Shown here in pieces: positions 12,142 through 27,419 of a stretch of 64,000 bases of DNA. The notes under the pieces were generated by a model. It was given only the letters and a program-made list of their open reading frames with translations. It made no database searches and was not told where the DNA came from. This DNA is from the human T2T-CHM13v2.0 reference genome, Homo sapiens: assembly GCF_009914755.1 (NCBI RefSeq), contig NC_060926.1; one strand, 5' to 3'. Each line of letters starts with the position of its first letter. The stretch's first letter is position 1. Both the position numbers and the translations under genes were made by a program.

Positions 12142-13923
12142 TCTGAATAATGCAATTGACAAGTAACCAGATCAATTTTCAGCACTGCCTATTTGAGAGC
12201 CATTCTGAATGGCTGAATCCATTTGTTGAGGTTTTATTTTCCATTTCCTGTAAAAATGAAAACTGCATTATTATTCCGGATAAAAGACTATGATCTGTAA
12301 TCCACAAACATTATTTACTTATTGAAGCGGGGTGATTTTTAGTCTCACATTTAAGTGCTGCTTCTGGATATACAAGTAGGATAGGAAAGGTCATGACATT
12401 AATTTGCAACCAGGCAGAACTTGGTGTTGGATTTTTTTGCAGGTATAAACAATAATGGGTGGACAAAAGGAGTTTAAACAGTGGAAACATAATATGTCTA
12501 ATAATAGACTGTAGCGAGTGATCTAAGAATACCAGGGTGAAATAGTCCTTGACTTTTTCAGACTCTTTTCTAATTAGAGAAACATATAAAAAGAACGTAA
12601 ACTAATAGGCTATTCATCATTTAGCCCAAATCCAAGAAAATTTTCAGGTGATGGAAAATAAGTAAGCTAATTTATTTCTGTTGAAAATGAATAATTATAA
12701 TTTGATCCTATAACTTTAGGGTGCCATTGCATTTAAAATTATTTTCAAATATATTATCTCAATAAATCTTAACTTACTTATATTTGGTTAAATAAGAGGT
12801 GCAAATGATATGTAATTATAATTCTAAAATAAATACAAGTATAAAGATAAGTCTTCTCGATTTGGGGGTAATTTTATAGCAATTTTCCATCACTGCCTTG
12901 CTCATGGTAGCAAACATTTCTGTAATGTCCTAAAACTTTCCTCCCTATGCCTGCCTTAAGGTGTACTGCACAACTTGATTTCCAGGTGTTCTATCTCCTG
13001 GAGAGCAGTTTTCAGAGGTCTATAGGCATCATTGCTGTTTGAACATAGTGAAGTCATGTAAGTGACCTTCATCCTCTCATTTGAACTCCCAAAATAGCAG
13101 CTACATTCTCTTGAGTGCCAAATATGTGCCATTTGGATGAGGAAAGTGTGTATCAGAGAGGTGAAGTGATTTTTGTGGCTATTCCACTAGAAGTGACGGA
13201 TTCCAGAGACAAATGCAGGTAATTCTGATACTGAAGCCCATACATTTCCACTGGCACTGGCTTTGAAAATATCAGTTTGCACTACATGGTGAAGGCTTTA
13301 TAATGTGACTAGTCATTCAGGCCCTATAAACAAGCAAATCCAAACAAAGTAAATCCATTTTCTGGACCACTTATCTTAGTAGATTAAGGAATTGTACTTA
13401 AATATCCCTGGGAATAAGATTCAGTTTTTCTCTAGAAACCTTTTTTTTTGTCAGATCTCCCAATTACTAGATGGCATTGTCCCTTTTCTCTAATTGACCT
13501 CATACTTCTCTTTGTTTTTTAAGCACCACTGGAGACAAATTAGATGCAAATAGCATCTCACAGAGAACTACTTTATTTTAGTACATCACCTGCCTGCATC
13601 TTCATCCCCCTTTATGGAAACTAGAATAGTCTACAAAGAATTAATCAGCTTTTGGCTGTGTATAGGACTTGGATAAGTGTGCATGGCAACTAGAGATTTT
13701 GGACTAGTGATGGATTTTTGTAGTAAAACCCTTAAAAGCTTATAGTTTTCCCAGTAAAAATGATCTAGCACCAAGCTTACTGGGGAAATAACTCTAAAGA
13801 TAAAACAACAACAACAACAAAGAAACAAACAGCAAAAAAAGAACACTAAACCAAATCAAACTTGGATACTGGTCTTAACTAGCCATGTGATGTGATCTTG
13901 GGAAAGGGATATCTCCAAGCTTT

Positions 13924-14227
<304 letters not shown>

Positions 14228-17200
14228 TCCAAGCTTTATTTTCTCATCTATAAAATAGGGATCATAGTGTTCTTTCTTTCAACCTCACAGGGTTGTAGTA
14301 ATGATCAAAAGAGTTACCATGAACATGACTTAAAAATTGCAAAGTGCAACAAAGATTAGGTATCATTAACTGATGTGTTCGGGAATACAATATTTGCATG
14401 TGATATTTAAGAACAAAGATATAACAAGAAAAACAGAATCTTCATAATCTCATCTGTTCTAAATATTTCTGCGCGATCCAACAGTTTCTTTTCCACACAT
14501 TATTTGAACACTCTCTATCAAACAACAAAACAAATAAGAGTAACAACGAAAACACTCATAAGTGTTAAATGACCATTTTTAAGCAACTGTTTCTCCTGTC
14601 CCCCAAAAGCAATATGTTGTTTGAAAAACAAAAGCTGGGTGCAGCTTTAAATCCTGGTAAAACTAAACAAATCTCTTCAATTCACTGAAATTGACCAGGG
14701 AATAATTGGCTGTTCTTGGACTCACCTGTCATTAATGCTGTTTAAAATTCAAAACCCTGCAAATCTTTCTTTATTGTCAATTAATAAAGCAAAGAAAATT
14801 AAATTCTTCATTATAGAAACATAAGTAATAAAACATTCCAATTCATATGACAAGATCAGTGTACTGCAATCACTGTTAAATGGATTAGACATAGCTTGCT
14901 TTTTTTTTTTAACCTTTTGAAGTGTTTGCAGGAAGAGTAAATTATAGGAGTATTTGAAAGAATGATTATATATATTCTGTTTATATTTTGTAGAGGAAAA
15001 ATAGAAAGATATTTCAAGATGTATATTCAGATTTTTTGTTTGCTAGTTCATCTATGCTGGTCTAAACACATAGATGAGATAGGCACCTGATTAGTTGTAT
15101 TCTAGGGGCAGCATAATGTCCCATCAGTCCCTTTCTGACAAATAACCTAGAACTCTCAGCAGTAGAAGCACTATGTAAACAGATACTTAATCTGTTAAGG
15201 ATATATCACCCTCTGGCATGGGTTAGTAAATCAGTTTAACTCAAAATAGTGGGAGATGAAACTAAAATTTTTAAATTGAAGGCATGAGTCAGGGAAAGTT
15301 TAGTAACAGAGGTGTGTCTTTAGGGTAGAAAAAGCAGAAACAATGTATTTGCTCCTAGGAATAACTCTCAACAGTCAGGTGGCAGCAAAAAGATACTGAA
15401 AAACTGAGATAGGGGAAGTAGGGAATCGCCAAAGTTCCCTATATTTCGTCTTTTTCAAATGTTTTCTGGGGCTACCAACATGAGTGACCTTTGTAGCAAA
15501 CTGCCTCTCTGTATTTTCAGTTCCTCTTCTGATTAAGGGCCTCTTTATGATAAGCTCTCTGAAGCTACACAGGAGAGCATTATTATCTATTCTTATACTG
15601 TGTGCTGTTTGCTTTTACTTTTGTATAATCTGTAGTGAACTGGTTTGGTTCCTATATATTTTTTTTTATCTAGAGAGCTGCTTATGTGTAAATCCTCTCT
15701 GTAGGGAAATAAATGGCAAAGATACTTTCTGTAATTTATTCCATCACATCTATAGATATTTTAAGTCTACTTAAAAACAAGTAATGTCTTAAGTAGACTT
15801 ATGAAAAGACTGTATATTTGGCTACCAGCGTTTGAAATCTAGAGTTGGAAAATAATTTCAGAAAATACCTACTTTAACCACACATCTTCATGACAGACAT
15901 ACATAAACCAACCCAAGTCCCTGAGACTCGCTCCATTTTATATACCTCAGAGAAGAATCCATAATTAACCGGGCTAAATATAATACTATCTCCTTTCAAA
16001 TTTGATAGCAGGCCTGGTCATTAGAGAGAACTGAGATGTGCAATTGCTTTGGCTATTCATTTCCAGAAACGAAAAAGAAGCCACAGTTTATACTGTATGT
16101 AGCATATTACTTTCTAAATGAGGCATACGTTTCAGGATTCTGAAACTAAGTTAAAAAAACAGATTTTGAAGCCTCTAGATTGGATTCCTGAGACACTGGA
16201 TGATAGCTAGGAAATAATGCTGGACTAAGATTGAATTGTTCAAAACGCAAGGGGGCTCCAGAAATTTCTGGTGATTATTTTTTAATCCAAAAATAACAGG
16301 AAGTTTTTCAGGGTCAACAAAATGAAAGTAGAAATTTATTTCCAGTATTAAGGCATCACATGCACAAAATCTCTCTTCATGGAGACCCTCTATTTTGCAA
16401 AATGAATGATTGTGTTGTCAAGAGAAAATTGGGCTCCAGGGACCATACTGAGAAGTTTCTGGGGACTCTTAAAGATGAGTAAGACATTATCAGGCCCAGA
16501 TCTTGAGGTACCAGCCACCCCCAGGGACCTCCAATTAAATGTATTCAAATAAACGCTATACTGGCCCATTGTCCACATACTTATGTTGCATTTTAAATGG
16601 TCTCATTTGAATGTGGTTGTAATTCATTTGAATCCACAATCTTGCCTTGTCTGTATTAATGACAATACAAAAAAATGGTCCAGTGTTTGAAGATCATTGA
16701 AGTGTTAGCTAGTATTAATTTTTAAGAAATTGTAAAAAAGCCTATTTATTTCCCTCAGCATTTATTTTTATGAGTTATTGAATGCTGAATGATTTTTTAA
16801 AAAGTTACACATGTGGCTTTCAGTGATTCATGTACTGTACAATTAATTGACTTATTTTCCCTTAACTCTTCAGTATGTGCAGCTAAATAGCCCAATCAGT
16901 TGGAATAATTGTGAGCCAAAGATGAGGTTCCAGTTCTTGATAGTGACAAGGCTTGCTACATTGTAAGTTTTCAAAGTAACTTGTCCAATCTTCAAAATAA
17001 ATGAAAAAAAAATGAAAGGGACCTGCATTTCTTATTCAAAGATGGCCCAGCTTTTTTCTAATCCAGATGATGTTAGTCATTGGCAAATAGTTTTCCCAAA
17101 AAACAGTAGTAGTGGGTAAGAAAAAAAAATCTATAGTACCCCCTAATTCATCAGGAGAGGAAGATACAATTGTGTAAGTATTATGTATCCTATATTGTAG

Positions 17201-20048
17201 TGTTGGTTTAACTGAGCATGCCCTGTTTGCCAATATAATTTTCGTGGAATATGAGTTCTTAAGATTTTTTTAAAATAAGCATGCTACTGATGCTTAGGTT
17301 TTTCATAAGGTTATGAAAAACATTATTGCAAATAATTGACATATTTGTGGCCAATTTGTGTTTGACCAAAATGAAATTCATATTCCAACAGTATGTAGAA
17401 AGAAAAAAAATGTAAGGATTGAGTATAAAAATCTTTTAGAGATATCTATCAAATACTCTTGTTGCTCAATTTTCATTCCACTCCATTTTTATTCACTTCT
17501 TTTCATACATCATCTCTGTTCTATATTCTGGCTAACCTTTCTTTATTTATTGAAGTAGTTCTCTCATGCTGACTTTTAAGACTTAGTCTAGACTGTCTCA
17601 TTTGCATAAATCAGTCTCTGTCTTTTTCACGAATTTCTCTTATTTAAATAAACTTCAGCACAAGACTCACTTAAATTGCAAAAGATTTCCCTGAATAATC
17701 TGACCCATTGTCTGGTCATGTTAGTCTAATATTCTTCTCTTAGTTTCTACTCTTAAAGCTGTTTATTGGTTTATACATTCAATTCAATTTATTGAGTCCT
17801 TATTCTAAATCCTCTGGGAACATGTGGTCTAGGTAACAGAGGATATTATGTCTGGATGTACCATGATACAATTGTAATAACAGAAATCCGTGTTGCTGAA
17901 ACCACAGTAAAGCTAATTCTGGCCAAGGCATAGAGGCACTTATTTATTATGCTTCCTAGTCTATAAAGCATTTGCATGACTTATTTTGATCTTTGGGCTT
18001 TAAGCTATTAAGGATTGAGGTCAGAGCTAAAATTTTACTGTTTATTCCAACTTACTAGTAGAGTAGATGTTAAATGCCTGTGAACGATTCAAAGTCAATC
18101 CTTCAAACTTTTTTTGGCACCAGCTCTGGTTAAAGCACAATGTTACTCTTCTAGGGGATAAAACAGGTAAATTAATTATCAATGCTATCCACATGGAGAA
18201 ACTTATCTGAGACATATTTACAATCTGACATATGCATTTTTGTAGTAAAAACAATAGTATATGCCAAAAATACAAAATATATTTCATTCAGTAAAGAAGT
18301 GTCTGTCACAGGATTTTTAAAGATTAGATTAAAATGTTGTACAGTACACAGACTAGATGCCTGATAAATGACAATGATTACTTTGGGGAGGCAGACATGT
18401 AATACTTAAGAGTAGAGGCTTTGGAATCACTCAGGTCTGGATATAAATCTTAGATGGCTGTTTACTGCCTGAGTTTCCTCAGAAAAATAGCGCATCCTCC
18501 TAAGACCCAAGAAGCCACATGAGGTAGTTGGGCTCATGTGTCATCAAAATACATGTGTTTTCCCACACCACTAAATATAGAATACATTAATTTCAAAGAA
18601 CTCTAGTCTGAGTCCATTGAATAAATAGGTGTCTGCATAGTAATAGACACAGATGACATCATTGTCAGTTGTTCTGGGTAGCTTAACAGTTGTTCAGTTT
18701 CAAATTTGATAGAAAAAATTACTAACAGTTCTTTCTAATTGCTTCTAGTTGATAGTCATATTCCACAAGACCATAAATTAGGGGACCTCTAACAATAAAT
18801 CTAGCTAAGCTGTGTGCTTGATGGAAAAAGATTACTTCTAAATTTCTTCCTTTTTTTTTTTTTTGGAATTATTCAGGAGCAAGCCCTGGAGCCTTGGGAT
18901 TTTTCTGTCTTTTCTCTCATCATTTTCTAGGCATCACTTCCACTAAGTAGTGATCTGACACAGTTTCCACAATTCCAGACACAATTCCAGACAGAATTTA
19001 CCAGGGGCTTAAGCAGAAATGCCCCGGGACCTGGGCAGGTGACATAGATGAGAGCCTGGGCCCTAAGAAGGACAGTAGGCTGTGGTGGGGACTGTAGTCT
19101 ACTTGGAGAACACAAGCTCCATCCAAGGCTTTCAAATTAAACAGATAAAACTGCAAAGGACATTGAGAAAGCACTATAACAGGTTGGAACACCTAAGTGG
19201 TAAGATTTTAGAGATACTGGAAAGTATCTCCCTAAATTAGTTTCCATACTACCTGAAATCTTACCTTTTGCAGTTGTTGCTATAACTTCTAAAACACAAG
19301 TACTCTGAAGATATAACACGTTGTCCTTGACACCTTAGAAAAATTGCCTACCTGGAGCTCAGGAAGGACCTGTGAAAGCCAGAGGTGGAGGGAAAGGCAT
19401 GTCCTAAACAAATGTCCCAGCTGTGACAATCAGGGGGCTCAGAATTCACCTTCTCCCTCCCAGTCTGTGTGCGGTCTCTGCCCTCTCCATACTCATTTCA
19501 GATCTTCCCTAATACTTCAGGGGTTCCCAGCACATGTTGGAAAATGTTACACCTATATCTGTGAGTCTTCTCTGGGCTTGGGTAGAATATTATCTTTGTG
19601 ACTCTACTTCATTTAGAATAATTTGATATAGTAAAAATTAGTGTTTAACAAAGCCATTTGTGAAATAAGTTGCCAAAATCCACATCATGAAAGACATATA
19701 TTGACAATCTGATTAGAACACAATTACAATTTGACCTTGGTAATAATGCTGAGGAAAAAAAGGACTGTGCAAACTAAAAAGCTAGAGAATTTATAATCTT
19801 TCATGTTTTTTTCATTCTCTGGGAGCAATTTTCCATCATTACGGAAAACAATTTTCAGAATTACACTCTTTACATATAAATACATATTGACTTGCTTGTG
19901 AAAATAGAACTGGATGCACAACATAGAAGAATGAGAAGTTATTTTGGAATCCAATTTTTAGAATACTTTGCCTCAATGATGCAATATCATTTTATGCTTT
20001 TTCCCCTGTCTGATGATAAATAACAGAGTATTAGAAGACATATACACA

Positions 20049-20493
<445 letters not shown>

Positions 20494-21199
20494 TTACAAA
20501 AGAGGCCTGAACCTGCCAAAGTGTCTTGAAAAGCTTTGAAAATTCAGGTTTTAAATGGAATAAGCTAATAATAATTTTTTGTTTCTAACATCTTGAATTA
20601 AAAACCAACAGATTAAAAGCAAATTGTATTATTTTAAAATCCAACCTTGAATAAAAAACATTGAAATTATTGGCATGGATTCAAGTAATGAGATTGATTA
20701 AATTATTTTTTAAAAAGTAAAGAGTATTTTAAAGAATAAATTGCATGTATTGAATATTAACAATACTTTAAGATTATATTCTCATTTGAGTAGGTTTCAT
20801 ATGCCCATTTTCATGATTTACGGACAGAAGTATTATAATTAGATGTAGAAATTGAGCTCCTCCAGCTACCACCTGAAAGTCAATGTCTAACTAAAATGCA
20901 TCATCCATATTTGAAGACAACTTTTCAACTATTGACTTCAGCATTACAGTTAATTTTATCCCCATTCTTCTAATCACTAAACCACACAACGTTAGGATCA
21001 TCTCTGGCTCCTCTATCTCTCCTTCATGTCTTAAATATAGCAATGTTTTTTCTGTTAACTCCATTCTATAGGTTGAACCTGTCCTATGTGTTTTTATTGT
21101 TTCTGCTGTGTCTGTGACACATATTGCTTTATTCTGAACTCACACTGTAACTTTCAAACTAGTTTTCTTTGACTTTGACACTGGGAGGCCATTTTGTGT

Positions 21200-21370
21200 A
21201 GGACTAAGAGCCTAACCTTAGAATCAGTGAACATGGGTTTCATTCGTGGCATGAGTAAATGTCTGAGTCTTAGTTTCCTCCTCCAGGAAGCAGGGATCCT
21301 GGTAACACTGGCATTGGTTGTGTTGCTGGAATCAAGTGAGATCATGCATGCTGGCAACACTATTGATGCT
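21200..21370 (+). mobile_element. MIR relic
   Basis: TCTGAGTCTTAGTTTCCTCCTCCAG is MIR-core-like. Boundaries approximate. Confidence 0.55.
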
Positions 21371-23223
21371 AGGCTCGGTCTTTGCCCATTCTGGTTTGTG
21401 TGAGAGGCTTTTGGCAGACATAATTATATGATATGTGATCGACTATGGCAGCTTTACTTTCATAATTGATTTGTCATAAGCTCTAATTTGTATCCTGTGA
21501 TTTATCTGCCCTAGCTTGTAATTAGTTAAGATAAGGCACCTGGAGTCTTCTCATGAATAGCTCATCGATTTCATCATAATATACACATCATTCTCATTCC
21601 TTCTTTTGAATAAGTCAGCCATTATAGAATCTTATTACACAAATTGTTGACAACTGCACTAAAGCTGAGGCTTGATTAAAAGGAAACGAACAGAAGAAAG
21701 GGAGATGATTGTTAGATTATGGTTAATGTTACCACTTAACTTCCTCCTTTATTTTTGTGGAGGGCTCATAAAGCAGAACACAGGAACCTTGTTTATTTGC
21801 CATAGAGAACTTCCTATTTAAAATAATTTTTCAAAATGCGTAAAGATTTCCGATCAACTAGGAACAGGCTTAAGCTGGATTTGCTTCCCAAAACACTTTT
21901 AAGAATATCCACTCTTTCTTCGTGAATTTTAAGCACTTCTCACCTGCTTCTAATGGTTAAAAGGTTTTCAAGAAAGAATGCCAGAGACCCACTCACCATC
22001 ACATTTCAGTGAAGCAAAACAGCATGAATGATTGGACTAAAACGGATCATCTCAATTTCTACCACAGGTCATTTTACTTGGTGAATAGCCCAGAGTTCCT
22101 GCTTCACTTAGCCAATAAAGGACAATTTTTTACTTAAGGGTCTGGAGATGTCTGCAAATATTTTCACACATTCTAGATCTACAGTACGCAGCCATCATTG
22201 GAATCAAGACAAACACCAGCTGTACTTTTCATTTAGACAGTTACAGAATAAGCAACATATTCAAAATATATTTTGAAACATGTTTAGGACACAAAAGAGA
22301 AAAAATGCCTCTAAGCAACAAGTAAAATAATTTAAAAAGAAAAACATACCAACTCAAAAGCAAATTTAAAGGGGGTTACAGAAATGTATCTTACTTTTGG
22401 TAGATTTACAGTTTGCAAATCCATTTGTTCTATAATACATGTCCTTACAAACTCTATCAAATGAATATTTTAAACTCCATTTTACAGAGAGAGGGTGATG
22501 GGTGAGCTGTTCAAGGTCAAAAGAGCTATTTCAGTAAGTAGGTCTGTAATGTACATATAGATTGTGTAACCAAGGTCAATGTACTTCCTACTACATTAAT
22601 AACATCTTTATTTCTGTAAATAAGCAACACAGCACTCTTTCTATTTTATTTGTCTTTTTCATGGAATAAAATATAAGCAAGCTCCTCTTTGTAGCTTGGC
22701 CATGTGAGATTCTGTTTGATATAATATATCCCAATATGTATTTCATCTTTATTCCAAAATGAGTTGGTTTTGAAGTGGTAATTCTATACTTTTTTCTTTC
22801 TCTTCTTTTGTATTTATTAGTTAAGAAGACTGCTTTAGCATTGCTTATACTAGATATTTTATTCTATAAGCTAAAAACAAAAAAAAAAAGATAACCAAAT
22901 AGAAAAAAGTAAATATCATCCATTATTCCCTCTTAGAGATGAACCCCGTTTTTTATTCATCTCTGTTTGCTTACCTATATATATCCATTTATTTTAAGAA
23001 ATCATTATCTTGACTTAAATCATCATTAGTTGTGAGGCTGAGGGACATCTGGATTCTAGTTAACTCAAAACATGACCGATTTGTGCACATACAGTCATCT
23101 TCCCTTCCCTTCCATTTTAGTTCTTCTTGTCCTGTGAGACTCAGATCAAACCTCCCTTCCTTCATGAAACCTTTTTGGACCACTCCAGCTAGAAGGTTTT
23201 GCACGAGTAAGCATAATATGTCA

Positions 23224-23864
23224 TGACACCAAACCAGGCTTGTTCTACCAGCTAGCAGTAAGTCAGTCATTGTGATGGTGGCCTTTGCAAAACAGAAAAG
23301 ATTTTATTCACAAGGCTGCTGGGAGAGTAAATGAGAGAACAAATCTCAAACCCACCTCCCTGAAATCAGGGCTTGGTAGTACTTATGGGATAGAAACGGG
23401 GTTGGTCTAAAGTGTGGGGAAAGGTGATTGTTGGGTAGGAAAGGTGAGATAATCAGGATTCTGTCCAAGTGTAATCAATCTACATGGCTCTTCATAGGAT
23501 GCATGTTCCAAAAATAGTGGCATTAGCATGATCTGAGGGTGGAGATTTTGGGCCTCCTGACATCAAAAGGTCACATTTTGGGCAACCAGGCAGGCCAAGC
23601 TGGAGGATCAGTAATCTCAACTAATTGGAATTGGACAAGAGTTTGCCCCCTTGCTCCTGAAAAACAACTTTTAGCAACAGTTACCATAGAGACATACACA
23701 TTAGAGATATTATCTATAAGGAAGCTAATGAAAGTTTAGTTATGTATTATTTGGTTATGTGACTTTTAGCTATCTAGGTTTTAAGACCAACTAGAAGTAA
23801 GCCATTAAAGGTGAACAAGGCAGGTTAAGCTTGGTGGGCTTAATCAGGTTAGTCCTCGGTTTCA
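23224..23864 (-). mobile_element. ERV1-class solo LTR (tentatively LTR26-like)
   Basis: TG...CA ends, ~640 bp, near-TSD GTCA/GTGA, minus-strand AATAAA near 23303-23308. Confidence 0.6.
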
Positions 23865-26782
23865 GTGATTGGATCTATTAATACATTTGCTCCAATCGAT
23901 TGCTCAATGCCTTTCTGTCACCTGATAATGCCCTGAAGGAATAGATCTTGGAATTAATAAAATTTAATGTGGATGGAAAGAAGAAAGATCCATGTATATG
24001 AGGCCTTATAATTCCTCTCTGGATAGGATGGCTGCAAATAAAGCTCTGAGGATGGAGCAACCCTCACTGTGGAAGGAAAATAGAGGTCATTAAAACTAAC
24101 CTGAGTGTTCCATGAGGTTTATTCTTGTCCTCCCAGTTCACAGATACCTACATTTGCTGATGCATAACCCATTGGATTATTATGAGCTCCTACATAAAAT
24201 ATTTATGGGCATAATTTAAAGTGGCCTTTGAAGCACAAAACACAGGCTGACCAAAGTTTTGGAATCATCTCAACAAGAATGAATTTTAGTAGTAGAAGAC
24301 TTGAGCTGGTTGTTTCACTGTTTTAGTGTAGACATGCTTTGAGATAGGCATCACAGGTAATTAGTGACTGCAGATGCATAGACAATTTTGCATAATAATG
24401 ATTTTGGGACTTCTGGAGTTTTAGAGGACAATTGAAAGACTGAGCGTGTTTTGTTTAATGACCAATTTTATTCTTTTGCTGTCTTTAAATTATTCACATC
24501 TGATTTTAAAGTGTCAATAAAATGGTAATGCTGGAAAACTGAATACACAATCAATTTGGCTGCTTTCTTCTAAGAATATAGGAGCTCAAGAGTCCAATTC
24601 AATGCCATCAGATAGTAACCATCTCTGTCCTACTGGATGGTCATATACTTTCCTTCTATGTGAACTTGGTATGTGCCCAGATAAATAGGGGCTAGGTTTT
24701 ATTTTCATTTCCTTTGAGTTGTAAAATAAACATTTTACAACTTAAATTATTTCCTTTGTTAGCAATAAACTATCAGGGAATAGTTAGCAACCCTCCAGTC
24801 AGTACTGAAAATCAAACAGTTCATTACATATTAAATGCATTTAAAATCATACAACTTCACTCCAAAATCCATTTGATGTGTTTTCTGGTAAGATTTCTAT
24901 GTAAGCAGAACTTAATGATTGTACGAGAAATCACTTTAGAGTGGACTTTGTACTATATCCTTCCTTTCCCTCACCTTATACACAAGGAATCTATAGAAAC
25001 AACTTATTTTTACCCTACTGAATTATTTGCAGTCATATACGTATAGCTTCACATTACAACATTCCAGCTGCTATATTATTTTCTGACTGAGTCAGATAAG
25101 ATTATGTTCCATGTATTTCTGTTATCTGGGTGCTTATTAACATGCGTATCATTGTGGACATATTGCTGTTATATTGTATAACAATGAGCTTATAGCAGGC
25201 ACCAGCACCCTTTCCTTATTTCCAGCTTAGAATGTTGATATTCTTCTTAGCATTTTTTCCTGACATACTACAACCCACTTTCCATCAAGGTATTTTTTTT
25301 CTTTTCAGTATTAAAATTTTTCTGTGTAGTAGCTAGAGTTTGCAATTGTCTCATTGTTTTTAGAACTATAGGTCTACCTTTCACTCCAGTAAAAAATCTG
25401 AAAAACTTTAGTATGAAATTCCTTATGAGAAAATAACTTTTTAAGATATGATATAAACTTGAAACTGACATAAAATAAATTGAGAAGGAATAAAAAACGA
25501 TTACCTGCTCCAAATTTTATACTCTAAGAAATATATGTAAACTGAAACAAAATAATACCAAACAATAACAACAAAAACAAACCTTTGTTTCCACAGAAGT
25601 TATTGGATTTATATTTTTATTAATAAAAATTATTATGTAATAATGAGCAAGATTCCTTGGGCTTAAAGTAATATTTGAATCCCAGCTCTTTATTCATAAT
25701 CTTGGTTAAATGTCTGATAAAGAAAAGAATGGCTAAGACTAATGCACCAAAATGATATTTCAAAGAACTGAAAAACAAAATATTAGAGGATTTTCATGAC
25801 ATTGTTTATTAATATGCTTCATGATCTAGACTGATTTACATGCTTTAAAATCTCAAAATTTAAATATTCTAATACCCTCATGAAATCCCATCAAACATTT
25901 GAGAGCAGAAAGATATATTTGAAATTTGTGTTTATAAGATCACCCCCTAGTATCTGTACATAGTCATTCTCACCTTCGTCTTCCATAACTGGTAGAATCA
26001 TACCACCAAGAGTGATGCCATAAACCCCCCCCCCCACAACCCTGAAATCCCCCAGAACTGTCATCAACTATTATATTGGGAGAAAATTGACCTGTATTCT
26101 TTCCCATAGTCAAGCAAACCACAGGGAGTTTCCTTCAGCAGTGGAGGTTAACAACATTCTGCCAAACTATCAACATATAGGGGAAATGGGCCCACTGAAT
26201 TACAAAGGAGTCACATAAATTGTCAATTTTTAAACTACTGTGATAAAGATATTTGCAATTTGTGCTTACATTTGAGATCTGCTCTGCATAATCTTGCCTC
26301 ATCTTTTCCAAACAGTAGTCTTGTATTTCACTACCTTTGCTCACCCATTGCTCCTACAACTATAACACTTAGATTTCTTAGTCTGAAGAAATACAAAACC
26401 TGTAAATCTACTTTGCTTTATTCTTAGGCCTGGACCTGCATCTCTGGCCAGACTGGCTAATTGTCTTCTAAACCATTTCTACCTTAAACCTTTGATAGAA
26501 TTTTTTTTCTACTTAGAATGCCTTCACCAGTACCCTATTTTACTAAATACTTGCATTTTTTAAGATACTCAGATTCCATTTTATTTCATTTTTGGACATG
26601 GACATACAAGAAATATGTTTTCTTGCAGCTCAGAGCTGAAAAAATATCACTAAGTAGAGTACAGTTAGGTAGCAGTTTATATCTCTGAATTTCCTACATT
26701 CTACCAAAAGAGGACATAAATCAGTCTTGTAGCATCTCCAAGCTAATAAACTCAATAGTCAGCCTCTATGATTTTTGCTGGA

Positions 26783-26817
26783 TGTGTGTGTGTGTGTGTG
26801 TGTAGTGTGTGTGTATG
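26783..26817. repeat. (GT)n microsatellite
   Basis: Directly visible. Confidence 0.9.
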
Positions 26818-27419
26818 TAAAATGGACACTACCATTTGGACTTTGCACAAATTTAATTATTAAAAAAAAGGAATGCTCAATAGCCTCCCAAGCTCCCACT
26901 AAAACCATCCCCTTTTCATTAACTTTGAAATAGATTGTTTCATAAACAAATCAGGTACACAGTAAAATTGATAAAAGCTTGAGTAGGAACACATAGCCCA
27001 GTTTTGATCTCAGCTCTATGCTGGATTACTTTCTCCAGGAATTTCAACTGATGATTAGTCAGATTCCACTTGACCATTTCCAGTGGTTAGGATTTTGGCT
27101 GGTTTTGAAGCATCACGGCTCTGACTGGAGAGCTCTAATTGTTAGAAAGGCGTGCCATATACCTAGTTAAAATATCTTTTCTGAAGCTTTCTCCTGTTAG
27201 TCTTGGTCAATTCTTTTAAAAGATCTCAGAAAAAGTGTAATACTTCTTCCAGTTGAACACCCTTCCTGTGTTTAGGGGCAGACATCTCATTTGCTCTAAG
27301 TCCTGTCTTATCTAAAATTTGCAGGTATGTTTAACTTTACAATTATGAAATATTTTTAGATGTCTCATTATTCTACTCCCTAGCAATACACAGATTTTCA
27401 GTATAGCACCAACATTTCA

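Noticed and set aside
16600-17000. Repeat-free AT-rich block with homeobox-like CAATTAATTG, a possible enhancer
   Set aside because: Such motifs are expected by chance at this AT content, and conservation cannot be judged from one sequence.
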